A stretch of 64,000 nucleotides of DNA from Bacteroidales bacterium (GCA_016285515.1 JAEEQW010000011.1:1165-65164); one strand, 5' to 3'; numbered from the stretch's first letter, positions 20,130 to 30,725 are shown. Notes: a model not told the origin generated them from the sequence alone. A program made the numbers and translations.

Positions 20130-21340
20130 ACATCCCATTCAGCAAAAGCGAATACAACAGGTTTCTAATTCTTTCATACCTGTATGGAGACCATATTCCA
20201 CAACCAACATACGACTGTCCGGATGATGTGAAACTTCTGTACAAAACACTTGATGAATTTCCACAACGAACAATAAACTGCGATAATGCAGGCACTGTCT
20301 TTAGATTTATGCTTTCGGTCGTTTCAGCGAAACATCAGCCTTACCCCATTGTAATTACAGGCAGCGAAAGAATGCTTGAAAGACCTATAGAACCGTTAGT
20401 CAGCATATTACAACAATTAGGAGCAGATATTTCATACATCGGCAAGAACGGTTTCCCGCCCGTCAGAGTGAACGGCTCTGTGAATCCGGATTGTTTCAGT
20501 GAGATTTTCTTCAATGATGTTGTCAGCAGTCAGTTTGTATCGTCAATTATGATGATTGCACCTGTATTCACACACGGATTAATCATACATTATAATAATA
20601 TTCCATCGTTCGAATATGTAAGGATGACTTCGAAAATGATGAACATCTTTGGACTGAAGAATGAGATTACAAAAAAAGAAATCAAAGTCTGTCACATCGG
20701 AAATGAGGTGAAAATTAAAGAATCAATTCTTGAAAGGGACTGGTCATCTGCTGCATATATCTATCCGATATTATTGATTGATAACAAATTGCAACCTGTT
20801 ATTAAAGAATTACATACTAATAGCATGCAAGGCGATGAAATGATAGTCAGCATTGCAGAAATGTTTGGCATCGTGTCGGATAACACAAATGACGGAATAG
20901 TACTGCATTATGATAAAAGTCATATTGCAGGAGAAAGAAATATTAATGTTATCAATGTGCCGGATTTGACACCCGCTATTGCAACTTTGGCATCTCTTCA
21001 GGATGGCAGGACAAATATCTTGGGAATGAAAAATCTCAAATGGAAAGAGTCAGACCGTCTTGCATGTATAGTCGGTAATTTGTCTAAGCTTGGCATTGAT
21101 GTGCAAGTGAATTCCAATGATTCAATAACCATAATTTCGGAAGATACAATAAGCAAAATCAGAAATATAGATTCTCAGATAACGGTCAGCTCCTCTAACG
21201 ACCATCGTATTGCAATGTCGCTTTATCCCTTCACTTTGCTGAATCCAAATATAATAATTGACGACTTGAAATGCGTCTCCAAATCATTTCCGAATTTTAT
21301 AGGGGAAATATCAACTATTTTTAATACCTTTGCAGTTTAA
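20126..21340 (+). CDS. aroA: EPSP synthase (divergent)
   Basis: SKS, NAGTVFRF, ERPI, SSQFVSS, KESDR, DHRIAM and KSFP motifs. Confidence 0.88.
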   Translation: MNIPFSKSEYNRFLILSYLYGDHIPQPTYDCPDDVKLLYKTLDEFPQRTINCDNAGTVFRFMLSVVSAKHQPYPIVITGSERMLERPIEPLVSILQQLGADISYIGKNGFPPVRVNGSVNPDCFSEIFFNDVVSSQFVSSIMMIAPVFTHGLIIHYNNIPSFEYVRMTSKMMNIFGLKNEITKKEIKVCHIGNEVKIKESILERDWSSAAYIYPILLIDNKLQPVIKELHTNSMQGDEMIVSIAEMFGIVSDNTNDGIVLHYDKSHIAGERNINVINVPDLTPAIATLASLQDGRTNILGMKNLKWKESDRLACIVGNLSKLGIDVQVNSNDSITIISEDTISKIRNIDSQITVSSSNDHRIAMSLYPFTLLNPNIIIDDLKCVSKSFPNFIGEISTIFNTFAV

Positions 21341-21351
21341 AATTAGAAAAA

Positions 21352-22071
21352 ATGGTTGTTGATTTATTCGTTCCATGCTATATTGACCAGTTATATCCAC
21401 AGACTGCCTTCAATGCAATAAAGGTTCTAAAAAAATGCGGTGTGGAAGTTAATTATAATTCACAGCAGACATGCTGCGGCAAGATTGCTTTTGAGTCAGG
21501 ATTCAGAACAGAAGCCGAGGAATTGGGTGAGAAATTTCTCAACGAATTCAGCGGTGAAAACCCAATTGTAGGTCTTTCAGTTTCATGTGTCGCCTACATT
21601 CAGAAAAGATATAAAAATCTTTTTTACAATACAGGAAATCATCCACGTTTTCAAGCAGTTGAGAAAAATATTTTCTGCATCGAGGATTTTCTCGTAAACA
21701 AATTGAATGTTACGGATTTTGGTGCGACATTCGAGAAAACAGCAATTTATCATGATTCATGCAGTTCTTTGAACCTTTATAACAAAAGATTGTATGATGA
21801 GCCTCGCAAACTTCTGAAAAATGTCTGCGGACTTAACCTTTTGGAGACAGGGAAAGGTTCATGTTCAGGCAGCGGCGATCTGTTCACGGTTAAATACAGT
21901 TCCGTATCTTCAGCAATGATTGAGACTGAGATTAAAGCAGCACTTGACTGCGAAGCAAGCACTATTATCGTTTCTGACAGTAGCTGCATGATGAATCTCG
22001 AAGGTTACATCAGAAAAAACAATCTGCCTCTTGCCGTTGTCCATCTGATTGACGTAATCTCCTCCTTCTAA
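21352..22071 (+). CDS. CCG-domain Fe-S protein (LutA/YkgE-like)
   Basis: LFVPCYIDQLYP, QTCCG, YHDSC, DSSCMMNL; TACCTTTG promoter motif at 21325-21332. Confidence 0.82.
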   Translation: MVVDLFVPCYIDQLYPQTAFNAIKVLKKCGVEVNYNSQQTCCGKIAFESGFRTEAEELGEKFLNEFSGENPIVGLSVSCVAYIQKRYKNLFYNTGNHPRFQAVEKNIFCIEDFLVNKLNVTDFGATFEKTAIYHDSCSSLNLYNKRLYDEPRKLLKNVCGLNLLETGKGSCSGSGDLFTVKYSSVSSAMIETEIKAALDCEASTIIVSDSSCMMNLEGYIRKNNLPLAVVHLIDVISSF

Positions 22072-22085
22072 CACATAATCATTAT

Positions 22086-24218
22086 ATGACAGACGAAGTG
22101 ATATTTCACAGGATTGCCAAAGAACTGGGTATTAACTTTGTCCAGGTGAGCAATACTTGTCGTTTGCTTGACAATGGTGATACAATACCGTTCATTGCAC
22201 GATATAGAAAAGAAGCCACTGGCAGTCTTGATGAGGTTACCATTGAAAGCATCAGAGACATGCGGCAGAAGATGCTTGATGTTGAGAAACGCAGAACTTT
22301 CATACTCAACACATTAGAGGAAGAAAATGTCATCACCGACGAACTTAGGCTGAAAATAGAGAATGCTGAAACGTTGGTTGAACTTGAGGACTTGTATCTT
22401 CCTTACAAACCGAAAAGAAAAACAAGAGCATCAATTGCAAAAGAAAAAGGACTTGAGCCTCTTGCTGATATTATTCTGCGTCAACAAAACATTGATGTCA
22501 AATCAAAGGCCGAGCAATTTGTCAGCGAAGAAAAAGGCGTTGTATCTGCCGAGGATGCAATTCATGGAGCTTCCGACATTATTGCGGAAAGAATAAACGA
22601 GGACGCCTACACCCGTTCCAAAATCCGTAATCTGTTTAACAAAAAAGCACATATTGTTGCAAAAGTGGCAAAAGGAATGGAAGATGAAGGCAATACATAC
22701 AGACAATATTTCGATTATGATGAGCTTCTGACAAAAGCTCCTTCACACAGAATTTTAGCCGTTTTCAGAGGTGAGAACGAGAAAATTCTTAAACTTAAAA
22801 TCCGTCCTGATGAAGCTGAAGCCATGAGCATCCTTGACAGGATTTATGTGCGTGGAAACAATGAATCGTCTGAAATCGTCAGGAGGTCTGCTGAAGACTC
22901 TTATGACAGGTTGCTTGCTCCATCAATTGAAACAGAAATCAGAGCAGATGCCAAGGAAAAAGCGGACAAGACTGCGATTGCGGTGTTTGCTGACAATCTG
23001 CGTCAGCTGCTGATGGCTCCCCCACTCCACGGCAAGAATGTGCTTGCAATAGATCCGGGATTCCGTACGGGCTGCAAAGTCACAGTGTTGAACAAAAACG
23101 GGAAACTGCTTCACAATGATACCATATACCCTCATCCACCAGAACCGAAGATTCCTGAGTCAATTAACAAAATACTCAATATGGTGGAGATGTATGATAT
23201 AGACGCAATCGCAATAGGAAACGGCACGGCCGGAAGGGAAACTGAAAACTTCATAAAAAGAATCCGTTTCCCTAAGGATATAGTGGCTGTTATGGTCAAT
23301 GAAAGCGGTGCATCAGTATATAGTGCGTCAAAGATAGCACGAGACGAATTTCCAGAGTATGATGTTACTGTAAGAGGCTCTGTGTCAATTGGAAGGCGTC
23401 TTATCGACCCATTGGCTGAACTTGTTAAAATAGACCCCAAATCAATCGGTGTGGGACAATATCAGCATGATGTAAATCAGACTGAACTTCAAAAATGCCT
23501 GCAATCGGTGGTTGACAGCTGTGTGAATGCAGTTGGCGTTGATGTAAACACCGCATCCAAGGAACTTCTGGTTCATATTTCAGGACTCGGTCCTGTCCTT
23601 GCCCAGAACATTATAGACTACCGCAATGAAAACGGCGATTTCAAGTTGAGAAGTGACCTTAAGAAGGTAAAACGTTTCGGTGACAAGGCTTTTGAACAGT
23701 CGGCAGGTTTCCTCCGTATCAGCGGCGGAGCCAATCCGTTGGACAACAGTGCGGTACATCCCGAATCATATCATATTGTCGAAGAAATGGCATCCGACTT
23801 GGGGTGTGATGTTTCTGAACTCATCTCCAATAAGGAACTGATTAATAAAATTGACATCAAAAAGTATGTTACAAATACAACCGGACTGCCCACACTCAAT
23901 GACATAAAATCGGAGCTCGAAAAACCAGGCAGAGATCCACGATGCACTTTCGATATATTTGAATTCGACAAGAATGTCAAAACAATTGACGATGTCAAAC
24001 CAGGAATGATTCTTCCAGGGATAATCACAAACATAACATCTTTCGGTGCATTTGTTGATATAGGAATACATGAAGACGGACTGGTTCACATTTCCCAAAT
24101 GGCCGACAGATACGTCAGTGACCCGAATAAAATTGTAAAGTTAAATCAGAAAGTTATGGTTAAAGTCCTTGAAGTTGACACTAAAAGGAAAAGAATTTCG
24201 TTATCTATGAAAAAATAA
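22086..24218 (+). CDS. tex: Tex family RNA-binding transcriptional accessory protein
   Basis: PFIARYRKEATG, DPGFRTGCK, ELVKIDPKSIGVGQYQHDV, C-terminal S1 domain. Confidence 0.96.
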   Translation: MTDEVIFHRIAKELGINFVQVSNTCRLLDNGDTIPFIARYRKEATGSLDEVTIESIRDMRQKMLDVEKRRTFILNTLEEENVITDELRLKIENAETLVELEDLYLPYKPKRKTRASIAKEKGLEPLADIILRQQNIDVKSKAEQFVSEEKGVVSAEDAIHGASDIIAERINEDAYTRSKIRNLFNKKAHIVAKVAKGMEDEGNTYRQYFDYDELLTKAPSHRILAVFRGENEKILKLKIRPDEAEAMSILDRIYVRGNNESSEIVRRSAEDSYDRLLAPSIETEIRADAKEKADKTAIAVFADNLRQLLMAPPLHGKNVLAIDPGFRTGCKVTVLNKNGKLLHNDTIYPHPPEPKIPESINKILNMVEMYDIDAIAIGNGTAGRETENFIKRIRFPKDIVAVMVNESGASVYSASKIARDEFPEYDVTVRGSVSIGRRLIDPLAELVKIDPKSIGVGQYQHDVNQTELQKCLQSVVDSCVNAVGVDVNTASKELLVHISGLGPVLAQNIIDYRNENGDFKLRSDLKKVKRFGDKAFEQSAGFLRISGGANPLDNSAVHPESYHIVEEMASDLGCDVSELISNKELINKIDIKKYVTNTTGLPTLNDIKSELEKPGRDPRCTFDIFEFDKNVKTIDDVKPGMILPGIITNITSFGAFVDIGIHEDGLVHISQMADRYVSDPNKIVKLNQKVMVKVLEVDTKRKRISLSMKK

Positions 24219-24224
24219 AACTTT

Positions 24225-25145
24225 ATGAAAAAGAGGTCGCTACTGCTTTTATTTATCATATTACTGTCGCTCAACACTTTGCATGCCCAAATAGTTAAGG
24301 GCTACGGCGCATTGGGAACTAACCTCGCACAGGTTGACGGGGATGAGGCATACGGTTTCTATAAATTCGGACTTAACATAGGGCTTGGTGCTGAAGTTAA
24401 GTTTTCTGATTTGTTTTCCGGTTCCATTGAGGCAAATTTCAACCAGAAAGGAGCCAGAAAATATATGTTCTACTATGGCTATAATCTTCGCATAAACTAT
24501 GCCGAAGTACCAATAATGTTTCATGTGACCGACAATCATAATGTGAAATTCGGCATCGGTGCTTCATATTCCCGTCCGGTAGGCACCATATACGAAAACG
24601 ATCCGAGAGATGGGTATGGACAGGATGAATACGGCAATCTTTATTCTTTCTTCTCCATTAAGAACAAAACCGATGAAATGACAACATACAAGCAATTCAG
24701 GGATGCAAATGACGGTCATTATGATACTGAAGCATACGCCGAAGAATATTATAATCAAGTTGTTGTACCTTGGAATGCCGCCAACAACAAATTTGCAAAA
24801 AACAATTTCAGCCTGATGGCGGAAATAACTTTCCCGATCTGGAGACAGCTAAAGGGCAATATCAGATATTCATATACACTTACCACAATTCGCAAGGTTG
24901 ACTATTATTTTTACAACGGTATCAACTTTGACAATACAGACACCAAATATGAATTGTATGATGACGGCGGCTTTTATGTAACTCCGGAGGGACAGTATTA
25001 TAAGGACTATTTTGAGGCATTTACAAGAAACGAACACCATAATTGTCTGATGTTCAGACTTTTGTTTTATTTCAACGAAAAACAGGCCGATAAAAACAAG
25101 GAAGCTGAAAAAGCTGCAAAAGAAAAAATGAATTATGGTTACTGA
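24225..25145 (+). CDS. Outer-membrane beta-barrel (porin family) protein
   Basis: Signal peptide; QVDGDEAYGFYKFG, NFNQKGA, NYAEVP strand pattern. Confidence 0.7.
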   Translation: MKKRSLLLLFIILLSLNTLHAQIVKGYGALGTNLAQVDGDEAYGFYKFGLNIGLGAEVKFSDLFSGSIEANFNQKGARKYMFYYGYNLRINYAEVPIMFHVTDNHNVKFGIGASYSRPVGTIYENDPRDGYGQDEYGNLYSFFSIKNKTDEMTTYKQFRDANDGHYDTEAYAEEYYNQVVVPWNAANNKFAKNNFSLMAEITFPIWRQLKGNIRYSYTLTTIRKVDYYFYNGINFDNTDTKYELYDDGGFYVTPEGQYYKDYFEAFTRNEHHNCLMFRLLFYFNEKQADKNKEAEKAAKEKMNYGY

Positions 25146-25192
25146 TTATGAATTTTTTTTTCAAAAAACCTCTGTATTATAAAAATTTATAG

Positions 25193-25200
25193 TACTTTTG
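25193..25200 (+). promoter_or_regulatory. -7 promoter element for rpsO
   Basis: TACTTTTG ~42 nt upstream of the ATG. Confidence 0.6.
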
Positions 25201-25241
25201 CAGTCCGAAATTTAGAGTATTAAAAAGAAAATATTATTGAG

Positions 25242-25511
25242 ATGTATTTAACTCCTGAAATTAAAGAAAAAATTTTTGCTGAATATGGTAAATCAGCAAA
25301 GGATACTGGTTCAACAGAAGCACAGATTGCTTTGTTCTCATTCAGAATCAAACACTTGACAGAGCATCTGAAGCAAAACAAAAAAGATTTGTTCACAGAA
25401 CGTGCACTTTACAGACTCACTGGTAAAAGAAGAAAACTTCTTGACTATCTGAAGAAGAATGATATTCAGAGATACAGGGATATCGTAGCAAAGCTTGGTT
25501 TAAGAAAATAA
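25242..25511 (+). CDS. rpsO: 30S ribosomal protein S15
   Basis: [27 protein letters not shown]. Confidence 0.98.
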   Translation: MYLTPEIKEKIFAEYGKSAKDTGSTEAQIALFSFRIKHLTEHLKQNKKDLFTERALYRLTGKRRKLLDYLKKNDIQRYRDIVAKLGLRK

Positions 25512-25531
25512 CATTACACAATAAGAAATGG

Positions 25532-25572
25532 ATACAAAAAAGGCAATTATGCATAATTGCCTTTTTTTGTAT
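25532..25572 (+). terminator. Palindromic terminator between rpsO and pnp
   Basis: aaaaaaggcaattatg-cataattgcctttttt is a perfect inverted repeat with a T-run. Confidence 0.75.
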
Positions 25573-25628
25573 TTTTATATCCATTTCACAACCATTAGTT
25601 TACATTTTATATAACAGAATTTAACAAT

Positions 25629-27899
25629 ATGAATATACCACAAGCCATAACAACTTCTTTTCTATTGCCTGACGGACAAGAGGTTACAATTGAAACTGCC
25701 AGACTGGCAAAACAAGCCAACGGTGCTGCTGTGGTTAAGGTCGGCAAAACTATGCTGTTGGCTACTGTTGTTGCAAAACAGGATGCGGCTGAAGATGTCG
25801 ATTTTTTGCCTCTTACAGTTGATTACAGGGAAAAGTTTTATGCTGTCGGACGTTTTCCAGGCGGATTTTACAAACGTGAAACCAAGCCGTCTGATTATGA
25901 GGTCCTCACAGCACGTCTTGTTGACAGAGCCATCAGACCGCTTTTTCCGGATGATTTCCATGCAGAAGTACAGGTACAAGTTACTTTGATTTCCGGTGAC
26001 AGAGATGTTGCCCCGGATGCATACGCCGCTCTCGCAGCATCAGCAGCATTGTCAATTTCCGACATTCCTTTCCACGGCCCTATCTCAGAAGTGAGAGTCA
26101 GTCAGATTGACGGCAAGTTTGTCATCAACCCATCAATTGCCGACCAGGAAAACGCAACTCTTGAATTCATGGTTGCAGCTGACATGAAAAATATAGTCAT
26201 GGTTGAAGGTGAGGCCAAGGAAATCTCCGAAGACACCATGATTGAATCGCTTAAGTTTGCACATGAAGCCATAAAGACTCAGTGTGAAGCAATAAGCAAG
26301 CTCGTCGAACTCGCAGGCAAAGAAAAATTCGAATATTGTCACGAAACCAACGATGAAGAACTTCATAAATCCATGCAGGAATACTGCTACGGCAGATGCT
26401 ATGATGTGGCCAAGTCACAGACAGCCAACAAAAAACTGAGAACTCAGATGTTTGATGATGTGAAGACTTCATTTGAGGCAACGCTTACTGAGGAGGAACT
26501 CGAGGAAAAACAGCCGATGATAAATCGTTATTACGCTGAAATCCAGCGCAATGCCGTCAGAAATTTCGTTCTTGACACCAATTCACGAATTGATGGCAGA
26601 CAACCTGATGAAATCAGACCGATATGGTGTATAACCGATTATCTGCCTGCCGCTCATGGTTCAGCTATTTTCACAAGAGGGGAAACCCAATCTCTCAGTG
26701 CCGTTACATTGGGCACCAAACTTGATGAACAGACTATCGATGGTGCTATTTTTGAAAGAAGCGACAAATTTATTTTACACTATAATTTCCCTTCATTCGC
26801 AACTGGTGAAGTCAAGGCTGCCAAAAGCATAAGCCGTCGTGAAATAGGACATGGCAACCTTGCCCTCAGAGCCTTGAAAAATATGATTCCGGAGGATTGC
26901 CCTTATACGATACGTGTGGTTTCTGATATACTTGAATCCAACGGTTCATCTTCAATGGCAACAGTTTGTGCAGGCACACTTGCACTCCTCGACTCTGGTG
27001 TCAAGATGAAGAAACCCGTATCCGGTATCGCAATGGGAATGATTTCCGATGAAAATCGTCACGTTGTTCTGTCGGACATACTCGGCGATGAAGACCACCT
27101 CGGTGATATGGACTTCAAGGTGACCGGTACCGCTGACGGTATTACAGCATGTCAGATGGACCTTAAGATTGACGGTCTTCCATACGATGTGCTTGCTGCT
27201 GCACTGCAACAGGCAAAACAAGGCAGATTGCATATCCTTGATATTATCCACGAGACAATTCCTGCTCCTCGTGCCGACTACAAGGAATTCGTACCAAGAA
27301 TTGATGTGATGACTATTGACAAAGAGTGCATCGGTGCAGTTATCGGACAAGGCGGTAAAGTTATTCAGGAAATTCAGAGCACAACTAACACAACCATCGT
27401 TATCGAAGAAGAAAACAATGTCGGTGTTGTTACAATTTATGCTCCTGACCTTGATTCAATCAACAACGCAAAGCTGCAGATTGAGCGCATAATTGCCAAG
27501 CCTGAGATTGGAACCGTTTATCATGGTGTCGTTAAATCAATACTTGAATTCGGGGCATTTGTGGAATTTCTTCCTAATAAAGACGGACTTCTGCATGTTT
27601 CTGAAATCGCTTGGGAAAGACTTGACGATGTTAATAAGGTACTGAAAGTCGGTGATGAAATAGATGTCAAACTTATCGAAATCGACGCTAAAACCGGAAA
27701 ATACAGATTGTCAAGAAAAGCTTTGATTCCGAAACCTGAAGGTTATGTTGAACATGAAAAGAAAGAACGCAAACCTGGCAATAACAACAATATTAACCGT
27801 CAGAACGGAAATAACAAGAACAACAATAATAACCGAAACCATAACAACAACAATTTCCGAAACGGTAATCACAACAATAACAACCACCGTGACGAATAA
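25629..27899 (+). CDS. pnp: Polyribonucleotide nucleotidyltransferase
   Basis: [25 protein letters not shown] and S1 domains; Asn-rich tail. Confidence 0.98.
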   Translation: MNIPQAITTSFLLPDGQEVTIETARLAKQANGAAVVKVGKTMLLATVVAKQDAAEDVDFLPLTVDYREKFYAVGRFPGGFYKRETKPSDYEVLTARLVDRAIRPLFPDDFHAEVQVQVTLISGDRDVAPDAYAALAASAALSISDIPFHGPISEVRVSQIDGKFVINPSIADQENATLEFMVAADMKNIVMVEGEAKEISEDTMIESLKFAHEAIKTQCEAISKLVELAGKEKFEYCHETNDEELHKSMQEYCYGRCYDVAKSQTANKKLRTQMFDDVKTSFEATLTEEELEEKQPMINRYYAEIQRNAVRNFVLDTNSRIDGRQPDEIRPIWCITDYLPAAHGSAIFTRGETQSLSAVTLGTKLDEQTIDGAIFERSDKFILHYNFPSFATGEVKAAKSISRREIGHGNLALRALKNMIPEDCPYTIRVVSDILESNGSSSMATVCAGTLALLDSGVKMKKPVSGIAMGMISDENRHVVLSDILGDEDHLGDMDFKVTGTADGITACQMDLKIDGLPYDVLAAALQQAKQGRLHILDIIHETIPAPRADYKEFVPRIDVMTIDKECIGAVIGQGGKVIQEIQSTTNTTIVIEEENNVGVVTIYAPDLDSINNAKLQIERIIAKPEIGTVYHGVVKSILEFGAFVEFLPNKDGLLHVSEIAWERLDDVNKVLKVGDEIDVKLIEIDAKTGKYRLSRKALIPKPEGYVEHEKKERKPGNNNNINRQNGNNKNNNNNRNHNNNNFRNGNHNNNNHRDE

Positions 27900-27912
27900 T
27901 TTAAATTAATAC

Positions 27913-27940
27913 AAGGCGGCTCAATTAGCCGCCTTTTTTT
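27913..27940 (+). terminator. Intrinsic terminator after pnp
   Basis: aaggcggct-caatt-agccgcctt followed by a T-run. Confidence 0.8.
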
Positions 27941-27946
27941 ATTGCT

Positions 27947-28981
27947 ATGCACATTAAAATAGAAGAAAATCTTGCACTAATCAACAATAGGCAAGTAAAC
28001 AGATATACTCTGACAAACAATAACGGACTATCCGTCTCAATTCTTAATTTGGGTGGAATCATCAATGCGTTGAGAATCCCCGGATCTGATGGTCTAAACG
28101 ACAACATAGTACTTGGGTTTGATGATGTTGGATTGTACGATTGTAAAGAATATCGTGACAATTATCCATATTGGGGGGCAATCTGCGGACGAGTTGCAAA
28201 CAGAATTGGCAATGGCACATTCTGTTTGGACGGAGTAAAATATAATCTCAACAGAAACAATAACGGCAGTCATCTCCACGGAGGAAATGAAGGATTTGAC
28301 AGAAAATTTTGGAATGTTAAAGTCATTTCCGGAGACACATTTGCCACACTGCATCTCTCCTATTTTTCACCAGATGGTGAAGAGTTCTACCCCGGCAATC
28401 TGAATGTCGGGATTGACTACACATTAAATGATGATGACACTTTTGTCATAGATTATACGGCAGAAACTGACAAGGCAACTCCTGTAAATTTAACCAATCA
28501 CACATATTTCAATTTATCGGGTGACAAAAAAGACATTTCCGACATGACAATACAGGTGTATGCCTCAAGATTCACTCCTTTGAATCCACTTCTTGTTCCT
28601 ACAGGAGAAATTGCGCTCTTGGATGGAAGACCAAATGACCTTCGTGATGCCACAAAATTTAAAGACGGATTCAAACGACTTGCAGAAGGATATGACTATA
28701 ACTATATTCTTGATGATGAATCTTTTGTAAAGAAGGCTGCCACGATCAGGGATGAAGGTACTAACAGAGAAATCAATGTATATACCACGCAGCCTGCAGT
28801 TCAGGTTTACTCCGGATATTATATTCCTGAAATCAATGGGGAATTCGGCAAATATTCAGGTGTAGCCATTGAAACGCAATATTACCCTGATTCTGTTAAC
28901 GAACCGAAATTTCCGAATACAATTCTAAGACCTGGGGAAATTTACAGAGAAACCACAATATGGGAAATAATCTATAATTGA
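27947..28981 (+). CDS. galM: Aldose 1-epimerase (galactose mutarotase)
   Basis: GRVANRI, HLHGG, NLTNHTYFNL and ETQ motifs. Confidence 0.93.
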   Translation: MHIKIEENLALINNRQVNRYTLTNNNGLSVSILNLGGIINALRIPGSDGLNDNIVLGFDDVGLYDCKEYRDNYPYWGAICGRVANRIGNGTFCLDGVKYNLNRNNNGSHLHGGNEGFDRKFWNVKVISGDTFATLHLSYFSPDGEEFYPGNLNVGIDYTLNDDDTFVIDYTAETDKATPVNLTNHTYFNLSGDKKDISDMTIQVYASRFTPLNPLLVPTGEIALLDGRPNDLRDATKFKDGFKRLAEGYDYNYILDDESFVKKAATIRDEGTNREINVYTTQPAVQVYSGYYIPEINGEFGKYSGVAIETQYYPDSVNEPKFPNTILRPGEIYRETTIWEIIYN

Positions 28982-28993
28982 TTTGCCTGCAAC

Positions 28994-29039
28994 ATTGTAG
29001 AGACGCGATTCATCGCGTCTCTACAATTCATCGCGTCTC
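28994..29039. repeat. REP-like palindrome (GTAG type) plus a duplicated half-site
   Basis: attgtagagacgcgat-tc-atcgcgtctctacaat is a perfect 16-bp stem, followed by a second ttcatcgcgtctc. Confidence 0.75.
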
Positions 29040-29067
29040 AAAGCAGTTAATCTGTTTCAATTACATT

Positions 29068-30270
29068 TTAATTATCAGGATAATTATTTTGAATAATCAT
29101 CATAATAGCCTGGATATCACCAATATCTATTACTCCATCCAGATTAGCATCTGCGTTACTCACATTGAATATAGGCAAATTGTATTCATACAGATAAGCT
29201 GCAACAGCTTGGACATCAGCGACATTGACTACATGGTCATTGTTCGCATCACCTAAAACACCAGGTAATCTGAAGTTAGCAACGAGGTTGCGGTCTTCAA
29301 TAACGACAAATGAAAACGTTGCATCTGTTGAAACCACTGTTTCATCTTCTGTCCAATATAAGAATGTGTAGCCCTCGTTAGCTATGGCTGTCAAGGTGCA
29401 GGTGGTACCCATTTCGTAGGTGCCCGTCCCTGTCACTGTGCCGCTGTTGGCTGGTGCGGCCACAGCCGTAATTTCCTTAACCTCGCAGCATTCGAAAATG
29501 TTGTTGAACACGTACCAACCCTCGGCGTTTTGGTAGTCGCTCAACGAGCCACAAGGCACGTAAACTGGGATGAATTGGTCAATGCTATGAAAGGCACCTT
29601 CACCTACGATTGGCGGCACCTCAGCATGACTTATAATTAGGGAGAATGCCGCAAATTGGAACATGTTGGCTGGGATGCGCTCCACATTCTCGCCGATGAT
29701 GAGTTGACCGGTACAGTAAAAAAACGCGGACCAAGATATGTCAGCACAGTCAGTCATATTATACTCCACAGAGGAAAAAGCGCATTCGCTGAAGGCATCA
29801 CCGCCGATGTAAGTCACAGAATTGGGGATAACCAAGTTTCCATTGAATCCAGAGCAATAGTAGAAGGCGCTACCGCCTATTGTGGTCACGGAATTAGGGA
29901 TAACCAAGTTACCAGTGAATCCATTGCAGTAGCAGAAGGCACAGTCGCTTATTGTGGTCACGGAATTGGGGATGACCAAGTTCCCATTGAATCCAAAGCA
30001 GGCGCCGAAGGCCCATTCGCCTATTGTGGTCACGGAGTAAGTCAATTCGTTGTAAGTAACCATTTCAGGAATCACAAGTTCGCCAGTGGCCTCCGTGCCA
30101 TCCACGTGGCCGTTTACGGTTACGGTTGTTCCGTCATCATTTACGGAGTAGTTGAGGTAGCCCATAGTGAAACTTTGGGCAAAAGCTTTCGTCATCCCCA
30201 CTGCACTCAACAGCAGGACAAACAGGACGGCGCTCACTGACCCTTTAAGTTGTAAAGTGTTTGATTTCAT
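29068..30270 (-). CDS. BspA-type LRR (LRR_5) surface protein + divergent InlB-B-like repeat + C-terminal dockerin, no CTD
   Basis: Signal peptide ending AFAQ; LVIPNSVTTIG..AF..C repeats; PANSGTVTGTGTY..ANEGYTFLYW repeat; GDANNDHVVNVADV...ADANLDGVIDIGDI dockerin. Confidence 0.85.
   Translation of the reverse strand: MKSNTLQLKGSVSAVLFVLLLSAVGMTKAFAQSFTMGYLNYSVNDDGTTVTVNGHVDGTEATGELVIPEMVTYNELTYSVTTIGEWAFGACFGFNGNLVIPNSVTTISDCAFCYCNGFTGNLVIPNSVTTIGGSAFYYCSGFNGNLVIPNSVTYIGGDAFSECAFSSVEYNMTDCADISWSAFFYCTGQLIIGENVERIPANMFQFAAFSLIISHAEVPPIVGEGAFHSIDQFIPVYVPCGSLSDYQNAEGWYVFNNIFECCEVKEITAVAAPANSGTVTGTGTYEMGTTCTLTAIANEGYTFLYWTEDETVVSTDATFSFVVIEDRNLVANFRLPGVLGDANNDHVVNVADVQAVAAYLYEYNLPIFNVSNADANLDGVIDIGDIQAIMMIIQNNYPDN
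29810..30036 (-). repeat. 72-bp tandem repeats encoding 24-aa LRR units (~3 copies)
   Basis: The unit tattgtggtcacggaatt.gggat.accaagtt recurs at 72-nt spacing. Confidence 0.85.
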
Positions 30271-30304
30271 TTTATAGTTATTTTAAGATTGTGTTTTTCT
30301 CTAT

Positions 30305-30725
30305 GGGACTTCTATTTTTATTCTTTTCCCGTCATACCTCCAGACCTCGCGAAGTCCGTTAAACAAAATCTGAAAATACAACATGGCAAAGTTACATGTT
30401 TTTTTTTATTATCAGGTGTTTGTTGCAATTATTTTTGGGGTTTATGGGGGGGTAACATATTGATAATCAATGTATTGTAAATTTCAGTTCATCCCTAATC
30501 GACTAATTTGCTCATATCTCAACATGTTGTAAACCAGACATGTGAAGATAATTTGGGCTGAATTTCGGAGAAATCCGACCGACTGACTGCGCATCCCGTG
30601 CATGTTCCCCTCCATATACACGAACACATGTTCCACCTGTGCCCGAGTCTAAGCTTGTTCTCCTCGTGGCTGTTACGCTGGCGCGGCACCTCCACGAAGC
30701 TGCCATCAATGATAATCCCCTTTAG
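30305..30725 (-). mobile_element. Internally deleted IS5-family element remnant (transposase pseudogene + right end)
   Basis: Minus strand encodes GIIIDGSFVEVPRQRNSHEENK, then after a deletion and frameshift TRAQVEHVFVYMEGNMHG...TCLVYNMLRYEQISRLGMN* (first Asp and final Glu regions of an IS5 DDE transposase). Candidate terminal IR gggacttctattttta at 30305-30320. Confidence 0.75.
30387..30394 (-). promoter_or_regulatory. Outward-facing TAnnTTTG element inside the IS end, upstream of the LRR-dockerin gene
   Basis: TAACTTTG on the minus strand, ~117 nt before the ATG at 30270. Confidence 0.55.

Noticed and set aside
30512-30709. 65-aa ORF
   Set aside because: It is the wrong frame of the IS5 transposase remnant.
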